From the human T2T-CHM13v2.0 reference genome, Homo sapiens, in assembly GCF_009914755.1 (NCBI RefSeq), contig NC_060940.1: a stretch of 64,000 bases of DNA; one strand, written 5' to 3'. The position numbers were made by a program, and so were the translations under genes. Positions 12,550-26,018 of the stretch are shown one piece after another. The notes below the pieces were generated by a model. It had not been told where the DNA came from. It made no database searches and was given only the letters and a program-made list of their open reading frames with translations. How positions within the stretch are numbered: position 1 is the first letter of the stretch; every line of letters begins with the position of its first letter.

Positions 12550-15264
12550 TTTTAAGATGTAATACTCAAAGAACATCAAGGAGATTTGATTAAAATTAAA
12601 AACAAAAACGAATAATATTAATTGGGCATGCTAAATGGGAACCAATAAGATCACTCAATCCCACACTGTCTAGAATTAAAGCTGTAATATTGGTAGGAAC
12701 AAATTCTTGTGCTAGATCCTATGTAGAGTCTAGACTGGCACTCATGGAAAAAGCCTGTGAGTTCCTCCCAGCAATGACTACTGGGACTTTGTACTAAACC
12801 ATATCCTTTCAAGGGGCAATTATCAGCTTTCTATTGGATATTAATTGAAACTACTGCAAAGACTAAAGGACATCAAATAATCTTGAAACTTGAAATACCC
12901 ATGTTGTCATGGTGATGTAAGAGAAACATTTTAATGGGGATAGCAGTGCCCAGAAAAGTTTCATAATAAAAATGGGAAGTGGTTTATAGGGAATCATGCT
13001 GTGTGGGAAATTGCAAGAAGGAAATACTTACAAGCAGGGAGCCTCCTTCCCCCTAGGGCTGACTCTGGGACTGTGTGAGGAGCGACTGGATTCTATTATC
13101 ACTTGGACAGTGTCCTGTAAACAAACCAACAAAGAGCTGATTAACTTGGGGATGGCAGTTCCAAAATGAATGGACAACATCTTGTTTGGAAGGCCACCAC
13201 TATGATTAAAGAACATAAAAACAAATTATCACAGTGGGCTACATTATATGCTGTTTTTCTGACAGTGATGGAAGAACTAAACAGTAGTAGGAGCCCTTAT
13301 CTTTAGGTTTTTATGATTCAGAACCAATGGCCTGGCCACACAGTTAGGCAAAAGAACAATAGAAACCAGGCCTAGTAAAGAGATGCCCATTTGAGGCAAA
13401 GCCCTGTGTAAATTACTGTGGGAATTTGAGGAGGGAGGACATTAAAGTAAGACATGTCAATCAATGCCCATCGGAAGAACTCTCTCCCAGATTCGGAAGG
13501 TGGTTGGATGTGACAAGTAGATGATCTCATGTGCTTGTTCAGGGTGGCCACCTGGGTATGTGAGTGAGTAGGCATGTGGCACTGCAGCAATGCCGAGGAG
13601 TGCTGGCTCTAGACATGTTCCTCATGAACCTCCAAAGCAAAAAAATGCCAATAAGAACTGTTCTGTCTGCCAGCAGCAGAGACAGGGACTGAAAATGACT
13701 ATGTGGAAGATTCCCTGGAAAGGCCTTGAACATAGCTGGCAAGTGAGACTGATGCTAATAGCCTTGTAGGGCTACAAATGGGTCTTCATAGAAATAAACA
13801 CTGACTCTGCACTGGATTTTGCTTACTTAGCAGTAGATCCTAATGCTCAGAGTGCTCAGCAGAATAGAAGATGCCTGACTGTTATACCTTCAGAGCAAGG
13901 AGTACACTTGATAGCCCATAATATTCAACAATGAGCAGAGAGAAATTTTCCTCAAGGTAATAGTTTGACAGAAAATTGAATGAACAAATATAACATTGGT
14001 TATCTAAAACCAGAAGAGATATAAGCATGAAGGGCTCACTTACACACCTTCATGAGTGTGTTCTCACACTCAACAGGTGTTGGCTGAAGGGAGTGTTCTT
14101 GCTAGATAAATTCCTCTCTTTTCCTGGTAGATATAGGGAAGAGAGGGTGAAAAAGGATGCTGGTATGACTATGCAATTTTTGCCAGGGAGGGAGGACACT
14201 GGTTTAATGACTATATTTTTTTTCTTTCTTATCCACATCCCCTAAAAGTATTTTTTTTTCCCATTTGATGTGGTAGTCTCAGGACTGCAATTACAAGTGT
14301 TGGAAGCAGGTATGATTTCTAAGCAAAAAATTAAGTGCAATTTTCAACAGTAAATTTGGCTAAATAGCCCACTAGTTCTTCACCTGTGTAACTTTACACT
14401 ATTTGAATAAGAATGGAATGAGAGGGAGGTACTTGCTAGACTAATATTACTACCTGCAATTTAGACTCCCTGTACACTCCTGAATGTAATGTCCCTTCCA
14501 ATGGTGGACAATTTGGGGTCTAAAAAAAGATAGAAGAAATAGTAGCTGAGGATAAAAGAATAAATAAATGGGTTATGTAATGAGGGAAATCCAATATTAC
14601 ATTAATAACTCTAAAGAGACTCAGAGCAAAAGATGATGTTATCTTTGAGTTCAATTATACTAGATGCCTGAAAGAGTGAACTGTAAGTTTGCTGAGATGA
14701 CTCCTGCTTTTGGCTTTAGAATGGGTTTTAGTTTGTTTAGGCTGCTATAACAAACCATCTTAAACTGGGTGATTTATAAAAAGGAATTTATTTCTCACAG
14801 TTCTGGAAGCTGGGAAATCTACAATCAGGGTGCCAGCAGATTTGGAGTCTGGTGAGGACTTGCTCTTTGCTTCATAGATGGTACCTTCCCACTGCACCCT
14901 CACACTGGGGAAGGGGCAAACAGCCTCCTTCAGGCCTAACTTATGAAGACACTAATCATATTCGTGAGGGCTTCACCCTCATGACCTAATCACCTCCTAA
15001 AGTTCTACCCTCAGTATAATTTCATTGGTGATTAGATTTCAATATAGGAATTTTGCAGGGATATATACATTCAGGCCTTAGCAAAACATTACAACATTTC
15101 TAATAGAAACCTGCAAACTTGGGTAGCCTCACCCTGGAGATATTTTATATGACATGTTGATGGACTGGACTAATTACTAAATTACTAATAGCTAAATGGG
15201 ACTTCTTATGATGTTTATGACCATTTTCCTGTAAGGGATCTGTGGCCAGAAACCAGGATTGGAC
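12550..15264 (+). mobile_element. Decayed ERVL-class internal region (pol RNase H/integrase fossil)
   Basis: Frame-disrupted ERVL Pol-like motifs: QLSAFYWILIET (~12817), GHQIILKLEIPM, AQKSFIIKW, NCSVCQQQR (~13656), GYKWVFIEINTDS, SEQGVHLIAHNIQQ*A; runs directly into a MER21-like LTR. Confidence 0.8.
14722..15083 (-). mobile_element. MLT1A-type MaLR solo LTR nested in the ERVL internal region
   Basis: ggctgctataacaaa...atttatttctcacagttctggaagctggg...ccctcatgacctaatcacctcc...cattcaggccttagca. Confidence 0.88.
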
Positions 15265-15735
15265 TGTGTCATAATAAATACATATGTGGTCTTTATGCAC
15301 ATTTTCTGGCACATGGCTCCCAAAATTTATAGAATCTTCTAAGTGATAAAGATCTTATTGTACTCGAAGATACTGATGGCTGAGAGCTTCTGGATAACCT
15401 TAGGAGGGAGGCAGGTTTCCAGAGGGACCAACCTTGTGATTAGAGGATTGAAACTTTAGCCCTATCCCCTGATCTCCAGGGAGGGGAGAGGGGCTAAAAG
15501 GTAGAGTTGGTCACCAATGGCCAATGATTTATCAGTCATGCCTACGTAATATAACCTCTACAGAAACCCAAAAGGGTGGGATTTGGAGAGTTGCTAGGTT
15601 GGGCAAATTGTAGGGGGGCTGGGAGTTTCGTAAACATGGAGAAGCCATGGAAGTTCTGTTCCTCTTCCCTCTACCTTGCCTTATGCATCTCTTCCATCTT
15701 ACTGTTCCTGAGTTGTATCCTTTTATCATAAATAT
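15265..15735 (+). mobile_element. MER21-family LTR (3' LTR of the ERVL-like element, 3'-truncated)
   Basis: tgtgtcataataaatacatatgtggtc...accaaccttgtgattagagg...caccaatggccaatgattt...catgcctacgtaat...gttcctgagttgtatcctttt. Confidence 0.8.
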
Positions 15736-15859
15736 AATTTTTACAAAAGCAGATAAACCAATCTGTGTTACTGAACAATGTAAATTATGTTAAAACACAA
15801 GCAATACAATACATAAGGCAAGCAATACATAAGAAACAAAATATCGATACCCAACATTT

Positions 15860-16060
15860 AAATATATCTTCCTTCCATCAGAAAGAAACAGACAGAAAAC
15901 CCACCACAAAATAAAAGGCCAACATACACAAAGCAAATCACAAAAAAGTGTCAGTGGCAGTAACCATGTAGAAAGGCACTTAACCTCATTAGTGAACAGA
16001 GATATTTATATTAAAATAGCAAAATGCAGTCATATTTTGTGCTCAGATGGACTTTAAAAG
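15860..16060 (+). mobile_element. Old L1M ORF2 3' relic
   Basis: A-rich L1-like segment (aaccatgtagaaaggcacttaacctcattagtgaacagaga...). Confidence 0.5.
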
Positions 16061-16699
16061 AAAATGTTTTCAATAGTGCAGTAAGTCTACCTATCAACCA
16101 GCTTTTGTGGCTCCTCAAGTGCCTTGATACAAATTTCTCAGTGTCATCTCATTTCATTTCAGAAGAGGGAGGATCTATTTTGCTCTTCTTTTAGACATTC
16201 TGTTACTGACTCTACAGAAACAATGGGAAGACATTTATTTGGCTGAAATACACTGGGATATGTTTTATTGTCATAACAACGTCGACAACAAAATCTTTTC
16301 TTTTTACCAAATAATGACACTTTATATGCATATGACCTAAAAGTTAGAGTAAATTTGGCTACAAAATAATAGGTGTCAATACCATTGACAGGTAATGGGG
16401 GATCTTTAAATTTTATATCATCTCCTGACCACATCCTTTCACACATGAGAAGCCTGTGTTTTGAGACTGGTGACAATAATCATGCAATGGCCATAACAGA
16501 CAGAATATATTGCAGGTTTGTCTATAAAGACTTTATCTCAGTGCCTGGTAGAGAGAATGGTTCTGAATATTAATAAGATAATTCTATGGCATTGACAGCA
16601 TTATTACATTTATTGAACACTTTATACATTTTTCATTTAACAGATAAAATATCGTGACATGGTAACTCACTCATGCCAACACCAGGTAAGTAATTTGAA

Positions 16700-17312
<613 letters not shown>

Positions 17313-17405
17313 TAATTTGAACTTGAATTCAAGGTCTCCAATATGAGGTCCAGACAGACAGTGCTCTTGCCATTACACCAAGATTTTATTCGTAAAAGCT
17401 GTATG

Positions 17406-17410
<5 letters not shown>

Positions 17411-17439
<29 letters not shown>

Positions 17440-17721
17440 GGAGACGGAGTCTTGCTCTGTCGCCCAGGCTGGAGGGCAGTGGCGTGATCTCGGCTCACTG
17501 CAAGCTCCGCCTCCCAGGTTCACGCCATTCTCTTCCCTCAGTCTCCCGAGCAGTTGGGACTACAGGCGCCCGCCATTACGCCTGGCTAATTTTTTGTATT
17601 TTCAGTAGAGACAGGGTTTCACTGTGTTAGCCAGGATGGTCTCCATCTCCTGCCCTCGTGATCTACCCGCCTCGGCCTACCAAAGTGCTGGGGCTACAAG
17701 CGTGAGCCACCGCGTCAGGCC
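17411..17721 (-). mobile_element. AluY element
   Basis: AluY diagnostics (gcaagctccgcc, cacgccattct, ttagccaggatgg); 16-bp TSD aaagctg(t/c)atggtttt at 17395-17410 and 17723-17738. Confidence 0.96.
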
Positions 17722-17912
17722 GAAAGCTGCATGGTTTTATTCAAGATTAGAGAATCCACCTTCCTGGAAAAGGTAGTCATACAATGTGAGCTGAAGTCCT
17801 TTAGTCATTGTGTCAACACAGGCTAAGGACATGGTGTTGATTAAAATGCCTTTTTATTCAGTATTACCACATCCTTTATAAGTAATTGGCCTCTGGTCCT
17901 CCAGGGGATAAT

Positions 17913-18238
17913 AATTATTTTTAAGTTACTCTCTCTCATACTACTCATTAATACACTTTATATTACACGTTACATATATAAAGTGTATTACACTTAATAA
18001 ACATGTTTTACATATATAAAGATTATATTCAAATATAATATATAAACTTTATAAACATAACTTTTCCATTTTATATAGTTTCCACTTTATATGCACTTTA
18101 TACACACACGTAGTGTATATAAATACAAAAATGTATATTTAAAAAGTGGAAACTATATAAAGTATATATAAAGCATATATAAGTATACATATATAAAGTG
18201 TATTATATAAGTAGTATGAGAGTTACTTAAAAATAATT
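17913..18238. repeat. Nested AT-rich palindrome (compound inverted repeat)
   Basis: Outer arms 17913-17963 and 18191-18238; inner perfect stems 17949-17963/17976-17990 and 18070-18088/18143-18161. Confidence 0.9.
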
Positions 18239-18419
18239 TTTTAATATGAATATGTAATTTTATTTTATTGTATTTATTTTGGATGTTATTAATTTATTTA
18301 AGTACGTTTATATGAAGTTCTCAAGGTAGTGTGTCACATTCGTTTCTAGTAATTAGCATAATAGGTTTTCAATTATTTTGATAGGTTAAGTGACCGATAT
18401 TGCTTACCTCAATCTATAT

Positions 18420-19190
18420 TTACTCACTTATCCATTCATTAAACAATATTTATTGGCATAAAATATGTTCTGAGCATTGTGCTAGATATTGGGGATTCAT
18501 AAATAAAGTCAACGTTTCTGTCTTCATAGACCTTAAATGCTAGTGCAGCAATGAAATAAACAAATAGACAAATAAAAAATTGATATGAGGATTACCAAAC
18601 GTTTGGTATGTTAAACAGAAAATATCTAAGATGATGTGCTAGAGGAAGGATAATCACAGAATTTCTCATTGAGGAAAATATATTCAGCAAAGACTTCAAA
18701 TTAAGAATAAATCAGTGATATGGTGAGGTCTGAAGAATGGCATAGTACAGCAAAGAGTAAGTTAAATGCTTAAAAAAATAACTTGGCATGAAAATCAGAA
18801 AGTAATCTGGCTGAGGTGACTGAATGAGAGAATAATAAAGCATTTGGGAACAAGGATATGGAATTGAAATTTGTCCTAAATTCCATCTAATGGCATTTAA
18901 AGCTCACCACAGTTTTGCATAGAGAATGAATTAAACTGTGTGTACAGTGGTGCCATTAACTAGGGTACTAAAAACTTGGATAAAGAGAAAATAAAAATTT
19001 CTGTTTTGGGAATGATAAGTCTGAAATGCCTTTAAGATGCAAGGGTGATGGTTAAGATGATGGTTGGGTATATGATTCTGGACCTTGGGGAAAAATCTGA
19101 ACCAAAGATAGAAATTTGGTTGATGAGTTTATAGATGCAATTTAATCTTTGGGTTTATTGAATAAGGACAGCGTGTTAGTTAATCCAGTC
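18420..19190 (-). mobile_element. L2 LINE relic (3' part); continues at 26019-26210 after the L1 insertion
   Basis: L2 3' end signature (cattcattaaacaatatttattgg...gcattgtgctagatattgggga) followed by purine-rich L2 body. Confidence 0.7.
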
Positions 19191-19210
19191 CATTTGGATT
19201 TAAATATTTG

Positions 19211-22200
19211 TTTTTTTGATTTTCGTTTTTATTTTAAATTCAGGGGCAGGTGCAGATTTGTTAGAAGGGTATATTGCATGGTGCTGAGGTTTGGGCTTCT
19301 ATTGATCCTATCTCCCAGAGAGTGAACATAGTGCTTGATTGGAAGTTTTCAGCCCTTGCCCTTGACGCCTCCCTCCCTCCTTTTGGAGTTTCCAGTGTCT
19401 TTTGTTCCCATCTTCATGTCCTTTTAAATCCAAGATTAAGCTCCCACTTACAAGTGAGAACATGTGATATTTGGTTTTCTGGGGATTTTTTTTGTGTTAA
19501 TTTGCCTAGGATAACAGCCTCCAGCTGTATCCATTTGGTGTAAAGGACATGATTTCATTCCTTTTATGGCTGCATAGTACATACACATGACGTATATGTA
19601 CCTTGTTTTGTTTATCCACCTCACTGTTGATGAGCACCACAGTTGAATCCATATCTTTGCTATTGTGAATAGTACACTGATGAACATATGAGTGCATGTG
19701 CGTTTTTGGTAGAATAACTTACATTCCTTTGTTACCCATTAATTCCTTTGTTACCCAGTTTATACTCACTAATTAGGTTGCTGGGCTAAATGGTAGCTAC
19801 ATTGTTAGTTCTTTGAGAAGTCTAAAAACTGCCTTCCACAGGGGCTGAACTAAGTTGAATTCCCACCAAAAGTGTATAAAATGTCCCTTTTTCTCACAAA
19901 CTTGTCAACATCTGTTTTTTTTTTATGTTTTAATAATAGCCATTTTGACTAGTGTGAGATGGTATCTCATTGTGGTTTTGATTTGCATCTCTCTGATGGT
20001 GATGTTGAGCATTTTTTCATATGTTTATTGGCCACTTGTGTGTGTTCTTTTGATAAGTGCTTGTTCATGTCCTTTGCCCACTTTTAAATGGGATTTTTTT
20101 TCTCGTTGATTCATTTAAGTCCTTTATGATTCTGGGTATTAGTCCTTTGTCAGATGTATAGTATTTGAATATTTTCTCCCATTCTGTAGGTTGTCTATTT
20201 CCTCTATTGAAAATTTCTTTTGCTGTGCAGATGTTCTTTAGATTAATTAAGTTCAAATTGTGTATTTTTAAAATTTTTTTGCATTTGCTATTAGGGTCTT
20301 CAAACCAAATTATTTGCCTAGGTCAATGTCTCAGAGTATTTCCTAGGTTTTCTTTTAGAATTTTTATAGTTTGAGGTCTTAAATGTAAATATTTAATGCA
20401 TCTTGAGTTAATTTTTGTATATGGTGAGAGATAAGCATCCAGTCTCATTCTCCTGCGTATGGTTAGCCAGTTTTCCCAGCACCATTTATTGACTAAGGTG
20501 TCCTTTCCCTATTGCTTATTTTTGTCAACTTTGTCAAATATGAGTTGGTTGTAGGTATGTGGATTTATTTCAGGGGTCTCTATTCTGTCTCATTGGTCTA
20601 CGTGGCCATTTTTGTAGAGTACCATGCTGTTTTTGGTTATGGTAACCATGTAGCATAGTTTAAAGTCAGGTAATGTGATGCCTCCAGGTTTGTTCTTTTG
20701 GCTTAGTATTGCCTTGGCTATTTAGGCTCTTTTTTGGTTTTATATGAATTTTAGAATAGTTTTTTTTTCTAATTCTGTGAAAAATGACATTGGTAGTTTG
20801 ACAGGAATAGCATTGAATCTGTAGATTGCTTTGGGCAGTTAGAAATTTTAACGATATTGATTCTTCCAACCCTTGAGCATAGAATGCCATTCCATTTGTT
20901 TGTGTAATGTCTGATTTGTTTCAGCAGTGTTTCTTAATTCTCAAAGAGATCTTTCGCCTCTTTGGTTAGGTGTATGTGGCTATTATAAACGGGATTGCAT
21001 TCTTGATTTGGTTCTCAACTTGAACTTAATTGGTGCATAAAAATGTCACTAATTTTATATGTTGATTTTGTATCCTTGAGACCTTACTGAAGTGGTTTAG
21101 TAGGTATAGGAGCCTTTTGGCAAAATCTTTAAGATTTTCTAGGTGTACAATTATATCATCAACAAAGACAGATAATTTGACTTTTTTTTCCTATTTTTAT
21201 TTCTTTCATTTCTTTCTCTTGCCTGATTTCTCTGGCTAGGATTTCTAGTACTATGCTGAATAAGAGTGGTGAGATAAGACGTCCTTGTCTTGTTCCAGTT
21301 CTTAAAAAGGAATGCTTCTAGCTTTTGCCCATTCGGTATGACATTGGCTATGAGTTTGTCACAGATGGCTTATTATTTTGAGGTATATTTCTTCGATGCC
21401 TAGTTTGTCGAAGGGTTTCATTAAAAAGGGATATTGGACTTTATCAAATGTTTTTTCTGCATCTATTGAGATGACCATATTGTTTTGGTTTTTAATTCTG
21501 TTTATGTGGTGAATTACATTTATAGATTTGTGTTTGTTGAACTATTATTGCATCCCAGGAATAAAGTCCGAGTTGATCATGTTAAATTAAATTTTTGATG
21601 TGCTGCTAGATTTGGTTTGCTAGTATTTTGTTGAAGATTTTTGTATCTATGTTCATTAGATATATTGGCCTATAGTTTTTTGTTGTTGTTGTTGTTGCTT
21701 TGTCTTTGCCCGATTTTTGTATCAGAATGATATTGGTTTCACAGATTGAGTTAGAGAGGAGTCTTTCTTCCTTGATTTTTTTTTTTTTTTTGTAATAGTT
21801 TCAGTAGAATTGGTACCATCTCTTCTTTGTATGTCTGTTAGAATTTGGCTGGTCCAAGGCCTGTTTTGGTTGTTAGATTTTTTTGTATTACTGATTGAAT
21901 TTTGTTACCTGTTACTGTTTTTCTTTCTGATTCAATCTTGGGAGGCTGTGTTTCCAGCAATTTATCTATTTTCACTAGATTTTCTAATGTGTGTGCATAG
22001 AGATGTTCATAGCAGTCTTGGAGGATCCCTTGTATATCTGTGGGATTGTTTGTGATGTTACCTTTGGCATTTCTGATTGAGCTTATTTAGATCTTCTCTC
22101 TTTTTTATTAATGTAGCTAGAGGTCTATCAATCTTGTTTATGCTTTCAAAGAACAAACTTTTAATTTCATTGACCCTTTGTATAGTTCTTTATTTAGTTC

Positions 22201-25200
22201 TGCTCTTATTTTAGTTATTTCTTTTCTTCTACTAGCTCATTTGTTTTTGTTTTTCTTAGTTCCTTTAAGTATGAGATTAGGTTGTTAATTTGAGATCTAT
22301 CTTCTTATAGGCATTCAGTGCTATAAACTTTTCTCTTGCCACTGCTTTTGCTGTATCCCAGAAATTTTGGTATTTTCTGACTCTGTTTTTGTTTATTTCC
22401 AAGAATATTTTGATTTCTGCCTTAATTTTATTTTGTACCCAAAAGTCACTGAGGAGCAAGTTGTCTAATTTTCATGTATTTGTGTGGTTTTAAGAGTTCC
22501 TCTTGATATTTCTATTTTTATTCCATTGTGGTCTGAAAAGATAGTTGGTAGGCTTTCATTTTTAAAAAATTTATTGAGACTTGCTTTATAGCCAAGAATG
22601 TGGTCAATCTTAGAGCAGGTTTTGTGTGCATATGAGAAAAATGTATATTCTGTGATTGTTGGGTGGAATATTCTGTAGACGTATATTAAGTCCAATTGGT
22701 CAAGTGTTGAACTTAAGTCCAGAATTTCTTTGCTGGCTTTCTGCCTTGTTGATCTGTATAATGCCATAATTGGGGTTTTCAAGTCTCTCACTATTATTGT
22801 GTGGCTGCCAAAGCATTTTCTTAGGTCTAGAAGTAATTGTTTTATAAATCTGGGTTCTCTAATGTTGGTTGTGTATATATTTAAAATAGTTAAAGCTTCT
22901 TGTTCAATTGAACTCTTTATTATTATGTAATACTCTTCATTGTCCTTTTTTTACTGTTGTTGGTTTAAAGTGTATTGAATCTAATGAAAGAATAATGACC
23001 CCTGCTTTTTCCGTTTTCTATTTTCATGATATATTTTTCTCCACCCCCTTACTTTGAGTCAGTGGGTGCTGTTGCATGTGAGATGCATCTCTTGTAGACA
23101 TCAGAAGGGTGGATCTTATTTACTTTTATCCAATTTTCTACTCTATGGCTTTAAAAAAGAACATTTAGGCCATTTACATTTAAGTTTAATATTGACATGT
23201 GAGGTTTAATTCCTGTCATATAGTGTTGTTAACTACTTGGTTTGTAGTCTCAATTGTGTAGTTGCTTTATAGGGTCTGTGGGTTATGTGCTTGTGTGTGC
23301 TTTTGTGATATCGAGCATTGTTCTTTTGTTTCCATGTTTAGAACCTCCTTAAGCATCTCTTGTAGGGCTGGTCTGGTTGTGATAAATTCCTTTAGTCATT
23401 GCTTCCCTGAGAAAGATTATTTCTTCTTAGTTTATGAGGCTTAATTTGTCAGGAAATTAAATTATTCCCTGGCATTACTTTTTAAAAAACAATGCTAAAA
23501 ATGGGCCCCCAATCTCTTCTGGATTGTAAGGTTTCTTCTGAGACCTCCACTGTTAGTCTGATGGGTTTCTCTTTATAGGTAATATGACCATTTCTATAGC
23601 TGCCTTTAAGATTTTCTTTTCTTTTGGTTTGACCTTGTATAGTCTGATGACTATGTGCCTTAGGAATGATAACCTTGTAGAGTATCTCATAGGCATGCCC
23701 TGGATTTGCTCCATCTGTATGTTGACCTGTCTAGCAATATTGTAGAAATTTTTCTGAATTATATCCTCAAATATGTTTTCCAAGTTGATTACTTTCTCTT
23801 CTTATCTCTCAGCAATGCCAATAAATCATATATTTGGTCACTTTATATGCTCCCATATTTCTTAAAGGCTTTATTTATTTGCTATTCTTTTTTCTTTGTT
23901 ATTTTCTAATGTGGCTGATTCAAAGGACTTTGACCTCTGAAATTCTTTCTTCTTCTTGGTTTAGTCTGTTGTTAAGGCATCTAACTGTATTTTGAAATAC
24001 CTGTAGTAAGTTTTTTAACTCCTTATGTTCTGATTGGCTCTTTTAAAATATAGATACGTCATCTTTTAAAATGTGGATCGTTTTGCTGTTTACTTTGTGC
24101 TGATTTCAACTTTCTCTTGGATCTCATTGAGTTTCTTTGCATCCATATTCTGAATTCTATGTCTGTCATATCAGATATTTCATTCTGGTTAGGATTCATT
24201 GCTTGGAAGCTGACAGGATCCTTTGGAGGTGACAAAACACCCTGGGTGTTTGTAGTTTCAGAGTTCTTCTCATCTGAGAGAGCTGGTGTTTTTGTTGTTG
24301 TTGTTGTTTGTTTTTTTTTCTATTGGTTGGATGGGGCTCCTTGATTTTTTAATTTTTTTTCCAAGGTGGAAATGACTGTGATTTATATTGTCTATGATTG
24401 ACTAACTTTGCTTCTGAGTGCTTTTAGGGTGGCAAGGCTCTGTATGGGTTTCCTTGGTGTGGCTTTCTCAAACACTGTTGTTGTAGTGATGCAATTTCGT
24501 TTGGTGGTATAGTTCAAGCTGCAGTCCAATAATTGGCACAAAAGAGTAAAAGTTAGCAGGTGGGGCAGGAGTGGAGGTAACAGAAAAGCATGAAAAGCAC
24601 CCTCCCCCAGTGCATTTGCCTTCAGTGGGGTGGAGCCACTATAGAAGCCTGAGAAGTGGTCTCTTTCAGCCCACGCTCCCCAAGCCCTGAAGGAAAGAGC
24701 TACTGCCAAGTCCACAATAGTGCACTCATGCGGGGAACCAGGGGTTGAGAGATGACCACCCTTTCCATGTCTATTCTTGGCCTATGGTGGTGTCATCTTC
24801 AGCAGCTGGTAATGCCTCCATGTTTCCTTTGACCCAAGGGGGTCTTTGGTGACCTACACTCCCCTCTCTCTTAGCGACAGACCATGTTGAGGGTTAGATC
24901 TCTGATTCTAGGTATTTTTAGTGGCAAGGAGTCTGTATAAATTCCTTGGTTATAGGTAGTCTTTGTATAGTGGCTTATCCAAATGCTGGTTGCAGTAGCG
25001 ATGTACTGGGTTTCCACAGGCTCACTGGCTCCTGTGGGGCTGGAATGGCATCAGGCTCAGGAAGCTTGTCCCATTCCCCCATGCTGTGTGCTTGTGTCAG
25101 CAGATGTTTTATTGTGTTGTGTCCTCAACCTCTGGGCCAGTAGGAGGCTCTTATGGGTAAGAGCCAGCTATAGCCAACATGGCTGGGGAGATACTTGATC

Positions 25201-26004
25201 CTTGTTTACTGAGAGAAGCTCTCTGTTGCCTCGGTCAGCGCATTGATCCTTAGAGTGCACAGTGGTCTGAGCTCCTTGCTCAGCCCTGGAGGAGGATACC
25301 AGGAAGGGTGGGGCTGGACTGTTGCAGGAACAAGCAACAGCAGCAAGGGGGGTGGTCCTGAGGGCAGCTACCAAGCATCCAGAGGTGTGCCTAGGCATGG
25401 AGCTAGGAAACTTCCTCTGCCCCAAGTTCTCTGCATGGAGAGTGGGTGAAGGGGAGTGGCCTAAACTCCTAATCCAGGAGAATGCCTGGATTCCTCCAAG
25501 TGCCCGAAGGTCTGCCTGGAAGTGGGGGGCCAGAGAGAGCCCTGCTGTACCATGTTCTCTGCACCTGAAGAATAGAGAGGCTGAGATTGCTAATCTGGGC
25601 AAAAAGGCGCTCTGAATGCCTGGAGATATGTCTGTACGGGAAGCAAAGAGGACACCACCAAGGTCTTTTCTCAGGATGAGTGGGGTGGCTCAGGCTGCTA
25701 ATCTGGGTGGGCAGGTATTCTGAATGCCTAGAGATGTGCCTGGAGTTGGAGTGTAGAGGGCTCCACTTCACCACAAGCTCAGAAAAGCAGGCACCCAGCA
25801 ATGGCACAGACAGACCGCTTATAGGTTGCCAAAGTTGCAAGTCTCATTATCCAGAAGAAACTGTGTCTGCCACAACTGTATTCTCAGTGGACATCTGTGA
25901 CAGGGGAGAGCACAATTTCAGTGCCCACTGCTGGGATGCTTTCCACACTCGCCATTCAATTTTGGCTGTGGAGGCTTCTACCCCACTCCAGAACAAGCTC
26001 TCCA
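19211..26004 (-). mobile_element. Near full-length old primate L1 (L1PA16/17-like), inactive
   Basis: 3' UTR at ~19211-19450; ORF2 remnants including endonuclease (YTFFSYAHKTCSKIDHILG...FSDHNGIKIEI, ORF 22465-22791); ORF1 remnant (ENIFEDIIQKNFYNIARQVNIQ, ORF 23553-23783); GC-richer 5' UTR ~24350-26004; candidate TSD gatttaaatatttg / gattggaatatttg. Confidence 0.92.
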
Positions 26005-26018
26005 GATTGGAATATTTG

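Noticed and set aside
19723-19757. 16-bp direct repeat attcctttgttaccca inside the L1, and the similar duplication at 28274-28305
   Set aside because: Ordinary slippage micro-duplications.
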